62,574 bases of DNA from an uncultured Candidatus Saccharimonas sp. (GTDB lineage: Bacteria > Patescibacteriota > Saccharimonadia > Saccharimonadales > AQU-01): NCBI GenBank assembly GCA_943358095.1, contig CALRGT010000005.1:1-62574 (forward strand), given 5' to 3'. Shown here one piece after another: positions 37,222 to 47,488 of the stretch (the first letter of the stretch is position 1; every line of letters begins with the position of its first letter). The notes under the pieces were generated by a model. That model made no database searches. It was not told the DNA's origin and saw only the letters and a list, made by a program, of their open reading frames with translations. The position numbers and the translations under genes were made by a program.

Positions 37222-37248
37222 TTAGCACTCTTGACCGTAGAGTGCTAA
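37222..37248. promoter_or_regulatory. CIRCE operator (HrcA binding site), perfect consensus, upstream of clpC
   Basis: TTAGCACTC (37222-37230), N9 ttgaccgta, GAGTGCTAA (37240-37248). Confidence 0.85.
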
Positions 37249-37260
37249 GTTTGTTACTAT
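37231..37260 (+). promoter_or_regulatory. Candidate clpC promoter TTGACC-N18-TACTAT (TGn extended), with its -35 inside the CIRCE spacer
   Basis: TTGACC at 37231-37236 and TGT-TACTAT at 37252-37260. A second TATAAT lies at 37307-37312. Confidence 0.45.
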
Positions 37261-37342
37261 TAAATCTGCTAAGACTTATCAATTAACTTAGCAGTATAGG
37301 CAGCTATATAATCAATAATTAACTAGCTGAAAAGAATTTATT

Positions 37343-39826
37343 ATGATGCCTGAATCTTCCGATTTTCTAGAGTTTTTTAATCACTTGACTCCTAATGCGC
37401 AGTCGAGCTTAAAGCACGCTGGAGCAATTGCAACCGGTTTTGGTAGCGCCTATATCGGCACAGAACACCTACTGCTGGGTGTATTAGCCCAAGATGTTTC
37501 GTTGGGTGCTAAATTGCTAGCTGGTGCCGGCGTTACTATAGACCGAGCCAGATTAGCTCTAAATCTTAATCCAAAAACACTGGTTATTAATCTAGGCGCA
37601 AAAGGTTTGAGTGAAACTGCAAAACTGACACTTCGAATGGCATTTGACGTAGCTCAAGATTATAACCAAGAATTTTGTGGTACAGAACATATTCTTTACA
37701 GTATTCTTTCACAGAAAAACGCCCGAGCTACTGAATTATTAAAAAATATGAATGTTGATGTAGAGAATTTGATAGATCAACTAGAGCAGTTCCTGAATAG
37801 ACAGCAATATGAAGAACCTAGTGGAGTAAGTGGAGCTAATCCTCGCGTTCGTGGCGGCAAACGCCAAAAGACTGCGCTAGATTTCTTTGGTACTGATTTG
37901 ACTGCAGAAGCTAGGGCCGGCAAACTCGATCCTGTTGTTGGCCGCGAACCTCAAATTCGACGCGTAATTACTATACTAAATCGACGAACAAAAAATAATC
38001 CTGTATTGATTGGAGAGCCGGGTGTTGGTAAGACGGCAATCGTAGAGGGTTTGGCTCAAAGAATCGTGGCAGAGGATGTACCGGATAGTTTGCTAGATAA
38101 AAGAATTATTATGCTAGATTTAGCTGCGATGATTGCCGGAACTAAATATCGTGGAGAATTCGAAGAGCGACTAAAAAAGATTATGACGGAGCTCGAGAAT
38201 GACGACAAGACGATTGCGTTTATAGATGAGCTACATTTAATAGTTGGAGCAGGGGCAGCCGAGGGAGCGATGGATGCAGGGAATATTCTTAAACCAGCGC
38301 TAGCACGAGGAAAAATGCAGATGATCGGCGCTACGACCATCACTGAATATACTAAGCACATCGAAAAGGACGCCGCTCTAGAGCGACGATTCCAGCCAAT
38401 TAAAGTCCCAGAAACTACGTTAGCCGAAACTATAGCTATTCTTAAGGGTCTTAGACGACATTATGAAGAATTTCATGGGGTAAAGATTAGCGACGAAGTA
38501 ATTGTCGACACGGTGACTCTAGCTAAGAGGTATATAAATGACCGATTTATGCCAGATAAAGCTATAGATTTAATTGACGAAACTTCGGCTTATCTTCGTG
38601 TAGATAAAGGCAAGACACCGCCCGCTGTTCGTGCGCTTCAAAAGGAACTTAAATTAGTAAATTCGCGTATAGAAGATGCCGTTGATACTGAAAATTACGA
38701 AAGAGCTGCTCAACACAAAACTAGAGCAAGCCAGATTAGTAGTGAGCTAAAGAAGCTGCAAAGCGACGGCAAATCAACCAACACTCTAAACGTAACTAGT
38801 GAAGATGTTGCAGAAGTTGTGGCAAGAATGACAGGTGTTCCGGTCACAAAAGTAATTAGATCTGAAGCAAAGTATTTATTAGGCCTCGAAAAGACTCTGA
38901 GTAAGCATGTTATCGGCCAAGATGAGGCAGTTGTTGCTGTTTCTAAAGCTGTAAGGCGTAATCGTACAGGTATAAGTAGTGGTAATCGACCAATTGGTTC
39001 TTTTATATTTCTTGGGCCAACCGGCGTCGGTAAGACTGAGCTGGCAAGAGTGTTGGCAAGAGAGTTCTTTGGTAGCGATGAGGCTTTAATTAAGATAGAC
39101 ATGAGTGAATTTGGTGAACATCATACTGTTTCTAGATTAGTTGGAGCTCCTGCCGGATATGTTGGCTACGAAGAAGGCGGTCAATTAACAGACAAGATAA
39201 GACGTCAGCCATATAGTTTAGTGTTGTTTGACGAAATTGAGAAAGCTCACCCAGAAGTATTTAACATGTTGCTTCAGATTCTGGAAGATGGCGTCTTGAC
39301 CGACTCTAAGGGTCGTAAAATTGACTTCACTAACACTATAGTTATTATGACTAGTAACTTAGGCGCTCAGAAATTACAGAAAGAGGCTAGTCTTGGTTTC
39401 CAGGCAAATAACAGTAGTGAATTAAAAGATTTAGACGCTTTACATGACAGGAACAAGAGTAAAGTACTTGATGAACTAAAGAAGATGATGCGTCCTGAGC
39501 TACTTAACAGAATCGATAAAATTGTTGTATTTAGAGCTCTGACGAAAAAGGATGCGATACGAATATTAGATTTGCAGATTGATGAGTTACGCCAGCGATT
39601 AGTAAAACACGGCCTAGGCATTGAGTTCACTGCTTCAGCCAAGCAGTTGCTGCTAAATGACGGCTACGATGCGCATAATGGAGTTAGGCCGCTTAGGCGA
39701 CTACTTCAAGACACTATCGAGGATCATATTGCAGTAGGAATGCTCGAAAATAACTTCCAAAAGGGCACTTTGGTGCAAGTATCATCAAAAGGTAAGCAGC
39801 TAATCTACGGTTCGACTAAAGAATAG
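37343..39826 (+). CDS. clpC: ATP-dependent Clp protease ATP-binding subunit ClpC
   Basis: Two Clp_N repeats, NBD1 GEPGVGKTA, a short UVR-like middle domain, NBD2 GPTGVGKTE and an LGF loop consistent with ClpP docking. Confidence 0.92.
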   Translation: MMPESSDFLEFFNHLTPNAQSSLKHAGAIATGFGSAYIGTEHLLLGVLAQDVSLGAKLLAGAGVTIDRARLALNLNPKTLVINLGAKGLSETAKLTLRMAFDVAQDYNQEFCGTEHILYSILSQKNARATELLKNMNVDVENLIDQLEQFLNRQQYEEPSGVSGANPRVRGGKRQKTALDFFGTDLTAEARAGKLDPVVGREPQIRRVITILNRRTKNNPVLIGEPGVGKTAIVEGLAQRIVAEDVPDSLLDKRIIMLDLAAMIAGTKYRGEFEERLKKIMTELENDDKTIAFIDELHLIVGAGAAEGAMDAGNILKPALARGKMQMIGATTITEYTKHIEKDAALERRFQPIKVPETTLAETIAILKGLRRHYEEFHGVKISDEVIVDTVTLAKRYINDRFMPDKAIDLIDETSAYLRVDKGKTPPAVRALQKELKLVNSRIEDAVDTENYERAAQHKTRASQISSELKKLQSDGKSTNTLNVTSEDVAEVVARMTGVPVTKVIRSEAKYLLGLEKTLSKHVIGQDEAVVAVSKAVRRNRTGISSGNRPIGSFIFLGPTGVGKTELARVLAREFFGSDEALIKIDMSEFGEHHTVSRLVGAPAGYVGYEEGGQLTDKIRRQPYSLVLFDEIEKAHPEVFNMLLQILEDGVLTDSKGRKIDFTNTIVIMTSNLGAQKLQKEASLGFQANNSSELKDLDALHDRNKSKVLDELKKMMRPELLNRIDKIVVFRALTKKDAIRILDLQIDELRQRLVKHGLGIEFTASAKQLLLNDGYDAHNGVRPLRRLLQDTIEDHIAVGMLENNFQKGTLVQVSSKGKQLIYGSTKE

Positions 39827-39889
39827 CTATTCACGGTACGGGTATAGTCCGATAAAGTGCATCAACAGTTAGTTTGATATACTTAATTT

Positions 39890-40858
39890 ATGCAAAGCAA
39901 AAAAGGCAAAGTAGGGTTAATAATTGTACTGATTTGTTTGGGTGCGACTGTATTTATTGGGAATAAAAGACAGTATATCTATGACCAAGCTAGGTTATAT
40001 GGCTATCAACCTCCAGAAAGCTTTATCCAGTTGGCGACCGATACGTCAATGAACGACAGGGCTAGGAATATACTTTATGTACAGCATCCAGAGTTGAACG
40101 ATAAGGAATCCTTCAATAATAATTGTCGATTTAACGAGCTAACAATAGTGCTCGGGTGCTACATATTAAATAAAGGCATCTATGTTTATGATATTACTGA
40201 TGACAGATTAGCTGGTATTCGGCAGGTTACTACTGCTCACGAAATGTTGCACGCCGCCTATGACAGGTTGAATGTCAAAGAGCGTGCTCAAGTTGATGCT
40301 ATGACCGCTGCGGCCTATGAAAAGCTAGATAACGCCAGAATAAAAAATGTAATTGATTTGTATCGTAAGGCTAATGCCAATGTTAGCAATGAACTACACT
40401 CAATATTGGGAACTGAAATCAGGAATTTACCATCAGATCTTGAGGCTTATTATAAAAAATATTTTAATGATAGAACCGCAGTAGTTGGATATTCTGAAAA
40501 ATACGAGCAAGTATTTACAGAAAGAAAAGATAAAATCGATAAAATGGACATCACCCTGAGTAGCATGAAAGTGTCTATAGAGCGGGCAGAAGCCGAACTA
40601 AATGCAGAGAATATTGATATAACAAATCGTAGGCAGGCTCTTGATCAAAAGTTTTCAGCCGGTCAATATAGCCTGTATAACAGTAGCGTGAACTCATTCA
40701 ATGCATCTATTCGGGCATATAACAGTAAAGTTGCTAGCACTAAGGCTCAGATAGACGAATACAACAGAATAATTGAAGAACGCAACGCAATCGCAGTCGA
40801 AGAACAGACGCTATACAAGGCTATAGATAGCCGTCTTACGACTCAAACAAACAAATAG
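39890..40858 (+). CDS. Hypothetical membrane-anchored protein with HEXXH motif and C-terminal coiled coil
   Basis: N-terminal TM helix VGLIIVLICLGATVFIG, then TTAHEMLHAAY (HEXXH), then ELHSILGTE, then a heptad-like C-terminal third. TGaTATACT at 39875-39883 lies 6 nt before the ATG. Confidence 0.65.
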   Translation: MQSKKGKVGLIIVLICLGATVFIGNKRQYIYDQARLYGYQPPESFIQLATDTSMNDRARNILYVQHPELNDKESFNNNCRFNELTIVLGCYILNKGIYVYDITDDRLAGIRQVTTAHEMLHAAYDRLNVKERAQVDAMTAAAYEKLDNARIKNVIDLYRKANANVSNELHSILGTEIRNLPSDLEAYYKKYFNDRTAVVGYSEKYEQVFTERKDKIDKMDITLSSMKVSIERAEAELNAENIDITNRRQALDQKFSAGQYSLYNSSVNSFNASIRAYNSKVASTKAQIDEYNRIIEERNAIAVEEQTLYKAIDSRLTTQTNK

Positions 40859-40915
40859 TTTACAAATATATGACAAGTGTTCGACTAAAGCCGCAACTCA
40901 GGTTAAGCTTGATGT

Positions 40916-42268
40916 ATGGCAAAGAGAAATCAGGTGAAATATGTTTGTAGTAGCTGTGGCGCATCATCGGGCACTTGGTCAGGGCGTTGTAACGCCTGTG
41001 GTGAATGGAATACACTACAAGAACAAATTGTTATCACTGCCGGTAGTATCGCTTCTGGTGGAAACGTACTAAGCTCACAAAATGTTTCCGAAGTGTCTAA
41101 GCATGATTCTGCAAAAAGATTATTAACAGGCATAGATGAGGTCGACAATGTTTTAGGCGGTGGATTCGTTGCTGGTAGCGTAACTTTAATTGCAGGTCAG
41201 CCAGGTATAGGTAAAAGTACTTTATTATTGCAATTAGCAGACGCTGTCGCCAAAAAGCACAGTGTTTTATATATTAGCGGCGAAGAATCGGCGCATCAAG
41301 TAGGTCTAAGGGCTCAAAGACTAGGAGTTAAAAGCACTAACCTGCAATTATCAATGAGTACTGTAGCCGATGACATCGCGTCAACTATTGCGGAAGGTAA
41401 GTACGATTTAATAATTGTTGATTCTATTCAGGCGATATCTGCGAACGCTATATCTTCGGCAGCCGGCACGGTTAGTCAAATCACAAACAGCACTCAATTG
41501 TTGATAGTGGCAGCCAAACAGACCAACACTGCCCTAGTTGTAGTTGGTCATGTCACCAAAGAAGGTTCAATTGCTGGACCTAAAGTATTAGAGCACGTGG
41601 TTGATGTGGTGTTGCAATTAGAAGGTGATAGATATGGTGGATTTAAGCTTTTAAGAGGCGTAAAGAATCGTTTTGGATCTACTAACGAAACAGGTATTTT
41701 TGAAATGGTTGAGCAGGGGCTAATGCCCGTCAAGAATCCTTCAGCAGCGTTATTGGCGGAGCGTCAAGTCAGCGATGGATCTGTCGTTCTGGCTACTATG
41801 GAGGGCACGAGACCGTTGTTAGTCGAAGTTCAGGCACTTGTAAACAAAACAAGCTATGGCTACCCCAAACGAGCAGCTAGTGGGATGGATTTGAATAGAT
41901 TAAATCTGCTAGTTGCAATGTTAGAGCGCAGGACAAAACTTAATTTAGCAGAATTTGATATTTATATTAACATCGTAGGCGGAATCAAGATTACGGAACC
42001 AGCCGCAGATTTAGCCGTATGTATGGCTATTGCTTCTGCCGCTAAAGGGATGCAGCTCAAGAAAAACGCTGTAGTATTCGGCGAAGTTGGACTATCTGGC
42101 GAAGTTAGGCATGTGCCATATATCGACAAAAGAGTAGCAGAAGCAAAGAAGCTAGGTTTTGACGGAGCAATTGGTCCAATTATCAAAACGGGGAAGCAGC
42201 CTACTGGATTAAGCGGCGTGTTGGATGTTAAGTCTGCTCTAAATCAATTTCTCGAAAAAGATAGCTAG
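40916..42268 (+). CDS. radA: DNA repair protein RadA/Sms
   Basis: Zn ribbon CSSCG..CNACGEW, Walker A GQPGIGKST, KNRFG motif and a Lon-protease-like C-terminal domain. Confidence 0.93.
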   Translation: MAKRNQVKYVCSSCGASSGTWSGRCNACGEWNTLQEQIVITAGSIASGGNVLSSQNVSEVSKHDSAKRLLTGIDEVDNVLGGGFVAGSVTLIAGQPGIGKSTLLLQLADAVAKKHSVLYISGEESAHQVGLRAQRLGVKSTNLQLSMSTVADDIASTIAEGKYDLIIVDSIQAISANAISSAAGTVSQITNSTQLLIVAAKQTNTALVVVGHVTKEGSIAGPKVLEHVVDVVLQLEGDRYGGFKLLRGVKNRFGSTNETGIFEMVEQGLMPVKNPSAALLAERQVSDGSVVLATMEGTRPLLVEVQALVNKTSYGYPKRAASGMDLNRLNLLVAMLERRTKLNLAEFDIYINIVGGIKITEPAADLAVCMAIASAAKGMQLKKNAVVFGEVGLSGEVRHVPYIDKRVAEAKKLGFDGAIGPIIKTGKQPTGLSGVLDVKSALNQFLEKDS

Positions 42269-42309
42269 ACAATACCAGTCCTAAAGTACGACGGTGTTGT
42301 TATTAAGCC

Positions 42310-45309
42310 CTAGAAAGATTTGGTATTTGATTGGGCTGAAGTATTGGCTTTGACGTAGGCTTTTCGGCTTGAGCCAGATACTGATCTCTGATCTCCGCTG
42401 ATTGCTGCTGAGCAGGCATAGCTTGAAGAATTCGTAGATATGCATAGCTGGTAAGGAGAACCGCTAGGTAGATTGGTCCAGCTAAATTTGTAGTTATTTC
42501 CACCAGTTGATGTAACTACAAGGTTAAAAGCTAGTACGTCTGTCGTTACAGTGTTCGGACTAGTTGTGTCGTATAAAACGCTGTCGATTATTTGTGCAGA
42601 TATGACAGTTCCAGCCGGTTGGTCAGATGTATCGAAAGTCATGGTTTGGCCGTCGTTATTTACTGCGAAAGACTGTAAAACTTGACCATTTGCTATGAAG
42701 TTTACGGCAGCTTTATACAGATCACTATTTAATGGATGAGTACCTTGATGGGCGGTCGTCGTAATTATGCCGCTTGAATTTAGCACTAAGGCATCCAAAG
42801 AGGGCTTGATGTCATCACATTTGTGTATATCGTCTTGTTCTTCGACGTTTCCATTTGCTCCAGGGTTTTCGAATCTATCTATGGAAAAATTATTGGCTAA
42901 CGCATCTGTAACTGTTTTTTTAGCTGCTTCAGGCGTGCAGTCAGTAGCTAGTTTGTTAGATATAATGTCCATCGATTTTGGTGCAGAGCTAGTCTTAGAA
43001 CTTGGCTTGTACCAACCTGGGAATAAGTCCTTATCAGGACTAGGCTCAATTGATCCAATTCCAACGTGACTTCGAATAACATAAGCTGGTAGGGTCTGCA
43101 GATCACTCGGTCGTTGTCTGTCTTCTGGTTTGAGGTTTTCGTGCGCTCTTTTCATCCAACCTTCCCAAATTGGTTGGGTCATGTTTTCCATGGTTCCATT
43201 CATGACAACTCTTCTACTGTGGTATCCTACCCAAACAGAAGTAGCGTATTGAGTTGAGAAGCCAGTCATCCATCCGTCCTTGCCATCGTTAGTCGTACCA
43301 GTCTTCATAGCAAAACTCCATGTACCTTGGCTGTTTTTATAGCGATGTGGTTTTCTGCTTGAAGGGAAGTAGCTGGCGTTAGGATCGCTCATCATATCGG
43401 CAACAATATATGCGGAATCTTGTTTTACAACTTGCTCGCCCTTTGATGGCTTCCATTCATTTATGACCTTATTTCCAGCGTCAGTAATTTTAAGGATGTA
43501 TGTCTGAGGTATATTAAGTCCATTTCGAGATAGCGTAGCGAATCCGTGAGTATGTTGGTCTAGGTGAAGGAACGCGCCGTCACCAATTGCAGATGATCCA
43601 TAGCAAGGACCTTCTTTGCTGAGTTCTTCATCATAGTAACAATTATATCCGTAGGCAGTACTGCCATTGCGGGGATCCATAAGCTTTTCAGCCGTCTTAA
43701 TAGTCTTATCGATGCCAGTAATAAGCATTGCTTTTACCGCAGGGACGTTACGTGAACCACCTAAGGCGTAGCGCAAGGTAATGGGCCCAGGATAGCGGAA
43801 ATCATAGTCCCATAGGCAGTTTCCGCCTTGTTTTGGCTGAGCTTTATTTGTGCAAGGGTATCCATCCATAACAGACTGTGAGTCGTATAAAACAGAGCCA
43901 GCTCCTACATTGGTGCTGTTCTCAATTAAAGCCGTGTAGTCGTATGGTTTGAAGCTTGATCCTGGCGGCAAAGGTGTTTGCGCGTAATTGATCTGTCCGT
44001 AATCTGGGTTAGTAAAATCAGATCCTCCGACAAGTGCGACCATTTGACCGGTTTTAACATCCTCCGCTGCAAAAGCTGCTACATCACCGCCTTGGCGTTT
44101 AATTTGCGCTAATCCTTTAGTGACTTGTTCTTCGGCTATGTTCTGCAAGTTCATATCTAGAGTAGTAGTAATTGTCCAGCCACCAAGTTTGACTGACTGT
44201 TCGCCCCTAGTATCCTCAAGCTGTTTTTTGGCTGCTAGTACAAACCAAGGAGCCTTGATCCCTGCGTATTTTGGTTGTCTAGGCTTAACTTCAGCAAGCA
44301 CATCTACTTTCTTAGCGTCATCGTGCTCTTTTTTGGTAATTTTGTGTTGCTGTTCTAGAAGTGTCAAAATATAGTCTTTACGGCCAATAAATAAGGCTTT
44401 ATCAAAGTCGTCACTATAAGGTGAGTAGTATCTTGGAGATTTCGGTATTGTTGCAAGCATTGCTGCTTCTGGAAGAGTTAAGTCTTTGGCAGATTTCTGG
44501 AAGTAATCTCTGGCGGCCGCCTCTACTCCGTATTCAATTCCGCCATAAGGAGCGGCATTCAAATAACCTGTTAAAATTTCTAGTTTAGAATAGCTACGCT
44601 CTAATTCGACAGATAAGATAAGTTCTTTAATCTTACGACTATATGTACGGTCTTTGCTCCAGTCTTGAGTCAGCTTTACCAGCTGTTGCGTGATAGTCGA
44701 GCCACCCTGTGTGCTATTGCTGCCAAAAGCATTGTTGATACCGGCTCTTAGGATACCCTTAACGTCAAAGCCTCCGTGATTGAAGAAATCTTTGTCTTCA
44801 ACTGCCACCGTTGCATCTTGCATGAATTTAGATATATCTTTATTTGCAACAGGTATACGCTTAACAGCATCGTAGTCTTCCCATAATAATATTTGACCGG
44901 TGCGATCGTAGTAACGAACGCTGCCGCCAATATTTTTACCAGAAATATCCTTGAGGTTTGGAAGATCTTTGCGGAAGTAAGATAATGCGCCTACCAACAT
45001 TAACGAGCCAACAACTATGCCTAGTCCTACAAGTTTTAAGGCCATTATTACGCCGTCACGGCTAAACCAGTAATGATAAATGCGCTTTGGGCTCATATGA
45101 TAAAGTATTCGCTTTACTCGACCCTTAGGTAGAGTAGCGAGTCTTTTTGCTCGTCGCTGTGCTTTTAGGTCTTTACCGTTTAGTAGTTTGTCAAAAAACG
45201 AACGGTTAATTTTCTGGATTTTTCCACTGCGGGTAACGAAACTGTTTTTGGTTACTTTACTACCGCTACGACCCTGTTGTGTCTTTATGATTTTCTTGAT
45301 TTTCTTCAT
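42310..45309 (-). CDS. Class A penicillin-binding protein (glycosyltransferase plus transpeptidase) with long terminal extensions
   Basis: GT51 motifs EDKDFFNHGGFD and GGSTITQQL. TP motifs SSFKP (aa 451-455), SRN (aa 519-521) and KTG (aa 669-671). A basic tail of about 85 aa precedes the TM helix, and about 265 aa follow the TP domain. Confidence 0.92.
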   Translation of the reverse strand: MKKIKKIIKTQQGRSGSKVTKNSFVTRSGKIQKINRSFFDKLLNGKDLKAQRRAKRLATLPKGRVKRILYHMSPKRIYHYWFSRDGVIMALKLVGLGIVVGSLMLVGALSYFRKDLPNLKDISGKNIGGSVRYYDRTGQILLWEDYDAVKRIPVANKDISKFMQDATVAVEDKDFFNHGGFDVKGILRAGINNAFGSNSTQGGSTITQQLVKLTQDWSKDRTYSRKIKELILSVELERSYSKLEILTGYLNAAPYGGIEYGVEAAARDYFQKSAKDLTLPEAAMLATIPKSPRYYSPYSDDFDKALFIGRKDYILTLLEQQHKITKKEHDDAKKVDVLAEVKPRQPKYAGIKAPWFVLAAKKQLEDTRGEQSVKLGGWTITTTLDMNLQNIAEEQVTKGLAQIKRQGGDVAAFAAEDVKTGQMVALVGGSDFTNPDYGQINYAQTPLPPGSSFKPYDYTALIENSTNVGAGSVLYDSQSVMDGYPCTNKAQPKQGGNCLWDYDFRYPGPITLRYALGGSRNVPAVKAMLITGIDKTIKTAEKLMDPRNGSTAYGYNCYYDEELSKEGPCYGSSAIGDGAFLHLDQHTHGFATLSRNGLNIPQTYILKITDAGNKVINEWKPSKGEQVVKQDSAYIVADMMSDPNASYFPSSRKPHRYKNSQGTWSFAMKTGTTNDGKDGWMTGFSTQYATSVWVGYHSRRVVMNGTMENMTQPIWEGWMKRAHENLKPEDRQRPSDLQTLPAYVIRSHVGIGSIEPSPDKDLFPGWYKPSSKTSSAPKSMDIISNKLATDCTPEAAKKTVTDALANNFSIDRFENPGANGNVEEQDDIHKCDDIKPSLDALVLNSSGIITTTAHQGTHPLNSDLYKAAVNFIANGQVLQSFAVNNDGQTMTFDTSDQPAGTVISAQIIDSVLYDTTSPNTVTTDVLAFNLVVTSTGGNNYKFSWTNLPSGSPYQLCISTNSSSYACSAAISGDQRSVSGSSRKAYVKANTSAQSNTKSF

Positions 45310-45429
45310 ATATATAACTTTTCTCCCTATAGGTATACTGTCATATTATAGCAAACTAAAGTCGATATATTTATCTATATACGCTAACTACTATGACTTG
45401 GCCATACATATAGGCTATAATTTATTTCT

Positions 45430-46686
45430 ATGAGCAATATGACACTATCAGAAGAGCTAAAATGGCGAGGGTTTGTTAATCAGACTACAATTAAAGACAT
45501 CAATATACTAGATGGCGAACCGATAACTTTCTACTGGGGGGTTGACCCGAGTGCGGCATCGATGACGATCGGTAATCTTGCCGCGGCAATGATGACGCGA
45601 TTATTTATAAAGCATGGTCATAAAGCGATACTGCTAGTTGGTGGTGCTACGGGTATGATAGGTGACCCAGACGGTAAGAGCGAAGAGCGCGAGCTTAAAT
45701 CAATAGAAGAAATTGCCGTGAATAAGGCGGGCATTAGCGAGCAGTATAGTCAGATTTTTGCTGGTATGCATTTTGACGTAGTAGATAATTACGACTGGTT
45801 TAAGGGTATGAACTATCTGACATTTTTGCGAGACATAGGCAAGCATGTGCCACTAAGGCAAATGATGTCACGCGATTTCGTCCAGTCTCGTTTGGGTGAA
45901 TCCGGTGCCGGTATTAGTTACGCTGAGTTCAGCTACTCACTAATACAAGGCTACGATTTCCTGCATTTGCACAAAGAACATGGCGTTAGTTTGCAGCTTT
46001 GCGGCGCAGATCAATGGGGTAATAGTATTGCTGGCGTAGATTTGATTAGACGAAAAACAGGTGACGAAGCTCATGTTTGGTCTTGTCCATTAATAATCAA
46101 CAAAGCCACAGGTATCAAATTTGGCAAATCTGAAGACGGCGCCATATGGCTAGACTCCAAATTAACTGGTATCTATAAGTTTTATCAATTCTGGTTAAAC
46201 TCAGACGATGAAGGTGTGGAGGATTACCTAAAGGTCTATACGACACTCTCAAAAGACGAAATTGATGACATTATGGCGCAGTTCAATGCCGACAAGGCTA
46301 GTCGAATAGCACAGAAGAAATTAGCCTATGAGGTAACTAAAGTAGTTCACGGCCAAGCACGAGCCGACTCTATCGTACGTGTTAGCGAGTCATTATTTGG
46401 CGATGGCGACTATCAGAGCTTGAGCAGCGAAGACTTCGACATAATTAAGGCAGAACTTAAAACGGTGACCGCAGTTGCTGGTGAAACAACAATAGTTAGC
46501 TTGCTAGTTGAGGGCGGATTAGCGTCGTCTAATAGTGACGCCAAGAGATTCATAGACAGTCAGGCAGTTTATCTTAATGGTAAAAAACTGAGTGAGGGTC
46601 AAAATAACTTGAGTCAATCAGATGCAATCAACGGGTTCGTAATAATAAGACGCGGTAAAAATAGTCAAATTCTCGTAAGTCTATAA
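45430..46686 (+). CDS. tyrS: Tyrosine--tRNA ligase
   Basis: TyrRS-wide similarity (YWGVDPSA..., LVGGATGMIGDPDGK, QLCGADQWGN, KFGKS) and a C-terminal S4 domain. The HIGH position reads TIGN. Confidence 0.88.
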   Translation: MSNMTLSEELKWRGFVNQTTIKDINILDGEPITFYWGVDPSAASMTIGNLAAAMMTRLFIKHGHKAILLVGGATGMIGDPDGKSEERELKSIEEIAVNKAGISEQYSQIFAGMHFDVVDNYDWFKGMNYLTFLRDIGKHVPLRQMMSRDFVQSRLGESGAGISYAEFSYSLIQGYDFLHLHKEHGVSLQLCGADQWGNSIAGVDLIRRKTGDEAHVWSCPLIINKATGIKFGKSEDGAIWLDSKLTGIYKFYQFWLNSDDEGVEDYLKVYTTLSKDEIDDIMAQFNADKASRIAQKKLAYEVTKVVHGQARADSIVRVSESLFGDGDYQSLSSEDFDIIKAELKTVTAVAGETTIVSLLVEGGLASSNSDAKRFIDSQAVYLNGKKLSEGQNNLSQSDAINGFVIIRRGKNSQILVSL

Positions 46687-46710
46687 AAGGTCGTGATATA
46701 CTAAAATCCA

Positions 46711-47472
46711 ATGTCAAACATAAAAAAAGCTGACCAATACAACGACCCGAGCCATAATTATCTACATTATTGGGATAATCGTGACTACGAACACGCTGCA
46801 GAAGAAATGGCTATAAAGCGCCTATTAAAGGGTAAGAGATTTCATAACGCTGTGGATGTAGGTGGCGGATATGGCAGATTAGCAGTACTACTTGAGAAAT
46901 ATTCTGAGAAGGTGACTTTAGCCGAACCAAGTCAGCAACAGCTTGATATTGCCAAAGATTTCTTAAAGGATCATCCAAAAATCGATCGGAGCTTGTTGCA
47001 GGCAGATAATTTGAAATTTAAGTCCGACACTATGGATCTGGTGACTATGATTAGAGTCATGCATCACTTGCCAGACCCGAGCGCCGAGTTTAACGAGATT
47101 CATCGTATTATGCGTAACGACGGTTGGTTTATTCTTGAAGTTGCAAACTTCTCTCATGGCCGCAACAGATTGAAGTACGCACTTAGAGGCAAGAGAATGC
47201 CTCAAGCACCAGTAGACATACGATCAAAAAATAATAAGAACGAGGACGAGATCGCCTTTGTTAACCATAATCCAATTACTGTCATAAAGCAGCTTGCACA
47301 CGCCGGATTCAAGGTTGAACGAATTTTATCAGTATCAAACTTGCGTTCTACAAAACTCAAGAAATTTCTTCCTATCAACGCCATGCTCGCTGTTGAGAAG
47401 GTGTTACAGCCAGCTCTCGCCAAGACTTACTTCGGTCCAAGTGTTTTCTTGCTAGTTCGTAAAGCCAGCTAG
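46711..47472 (+). CDS. Class I SAM-dependent methyltransferase
   Basis: Motif I VDVGGGYGRL and a post-I acidic residue. TGaTATACT at 46694-46702 lies 8 nt before the ATG. Confidence 0.8.
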   Translation: MSNIKKADQYNDPSHNYLHYWDNRDYEHAAEEMAIKRLLKGKRFHNAVDVGGGYGRLAVLLEKYSEKVTLAEPSQQQLDIAKDFLKDHPKIDRSLLQADNLKFKSDTMDLVTMIRVMHHLPDPSAEFNEIHRIMRNDGWFILEVANFSHGRNRLKYALRGKRMPQAPVDIRSKNNKNEDEIAFVNHNPITVIKQLAHAGFKVERILSVSNLRSTKLKKFLPINAMLAVEKVLQPALAKTYFGPSVFLLVRKAS

Positions 47473-47488
47473 TCTATAATATAGTCCT

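Noticed and set aside
37231-37239. CtsR operator at clpC or clpP (GGTCAA appears on the - strand within the CIRCE spacer)
   Set aside because: Only a single half-site-like hexamer is present. The tandem heptad repeat (A/GGTCAAA-NAN-A/GGTCAAA) required for CtsR is absent.
40937-41005. Proteome-wide loss of Cys4 zinc sites, suggested by RpoC and PilB
   Set aside because: RadA in the same window retains its CxxC...CxxC ribbon (CSSCG..CNACG). The losses therefore look protein-specific rather than global.
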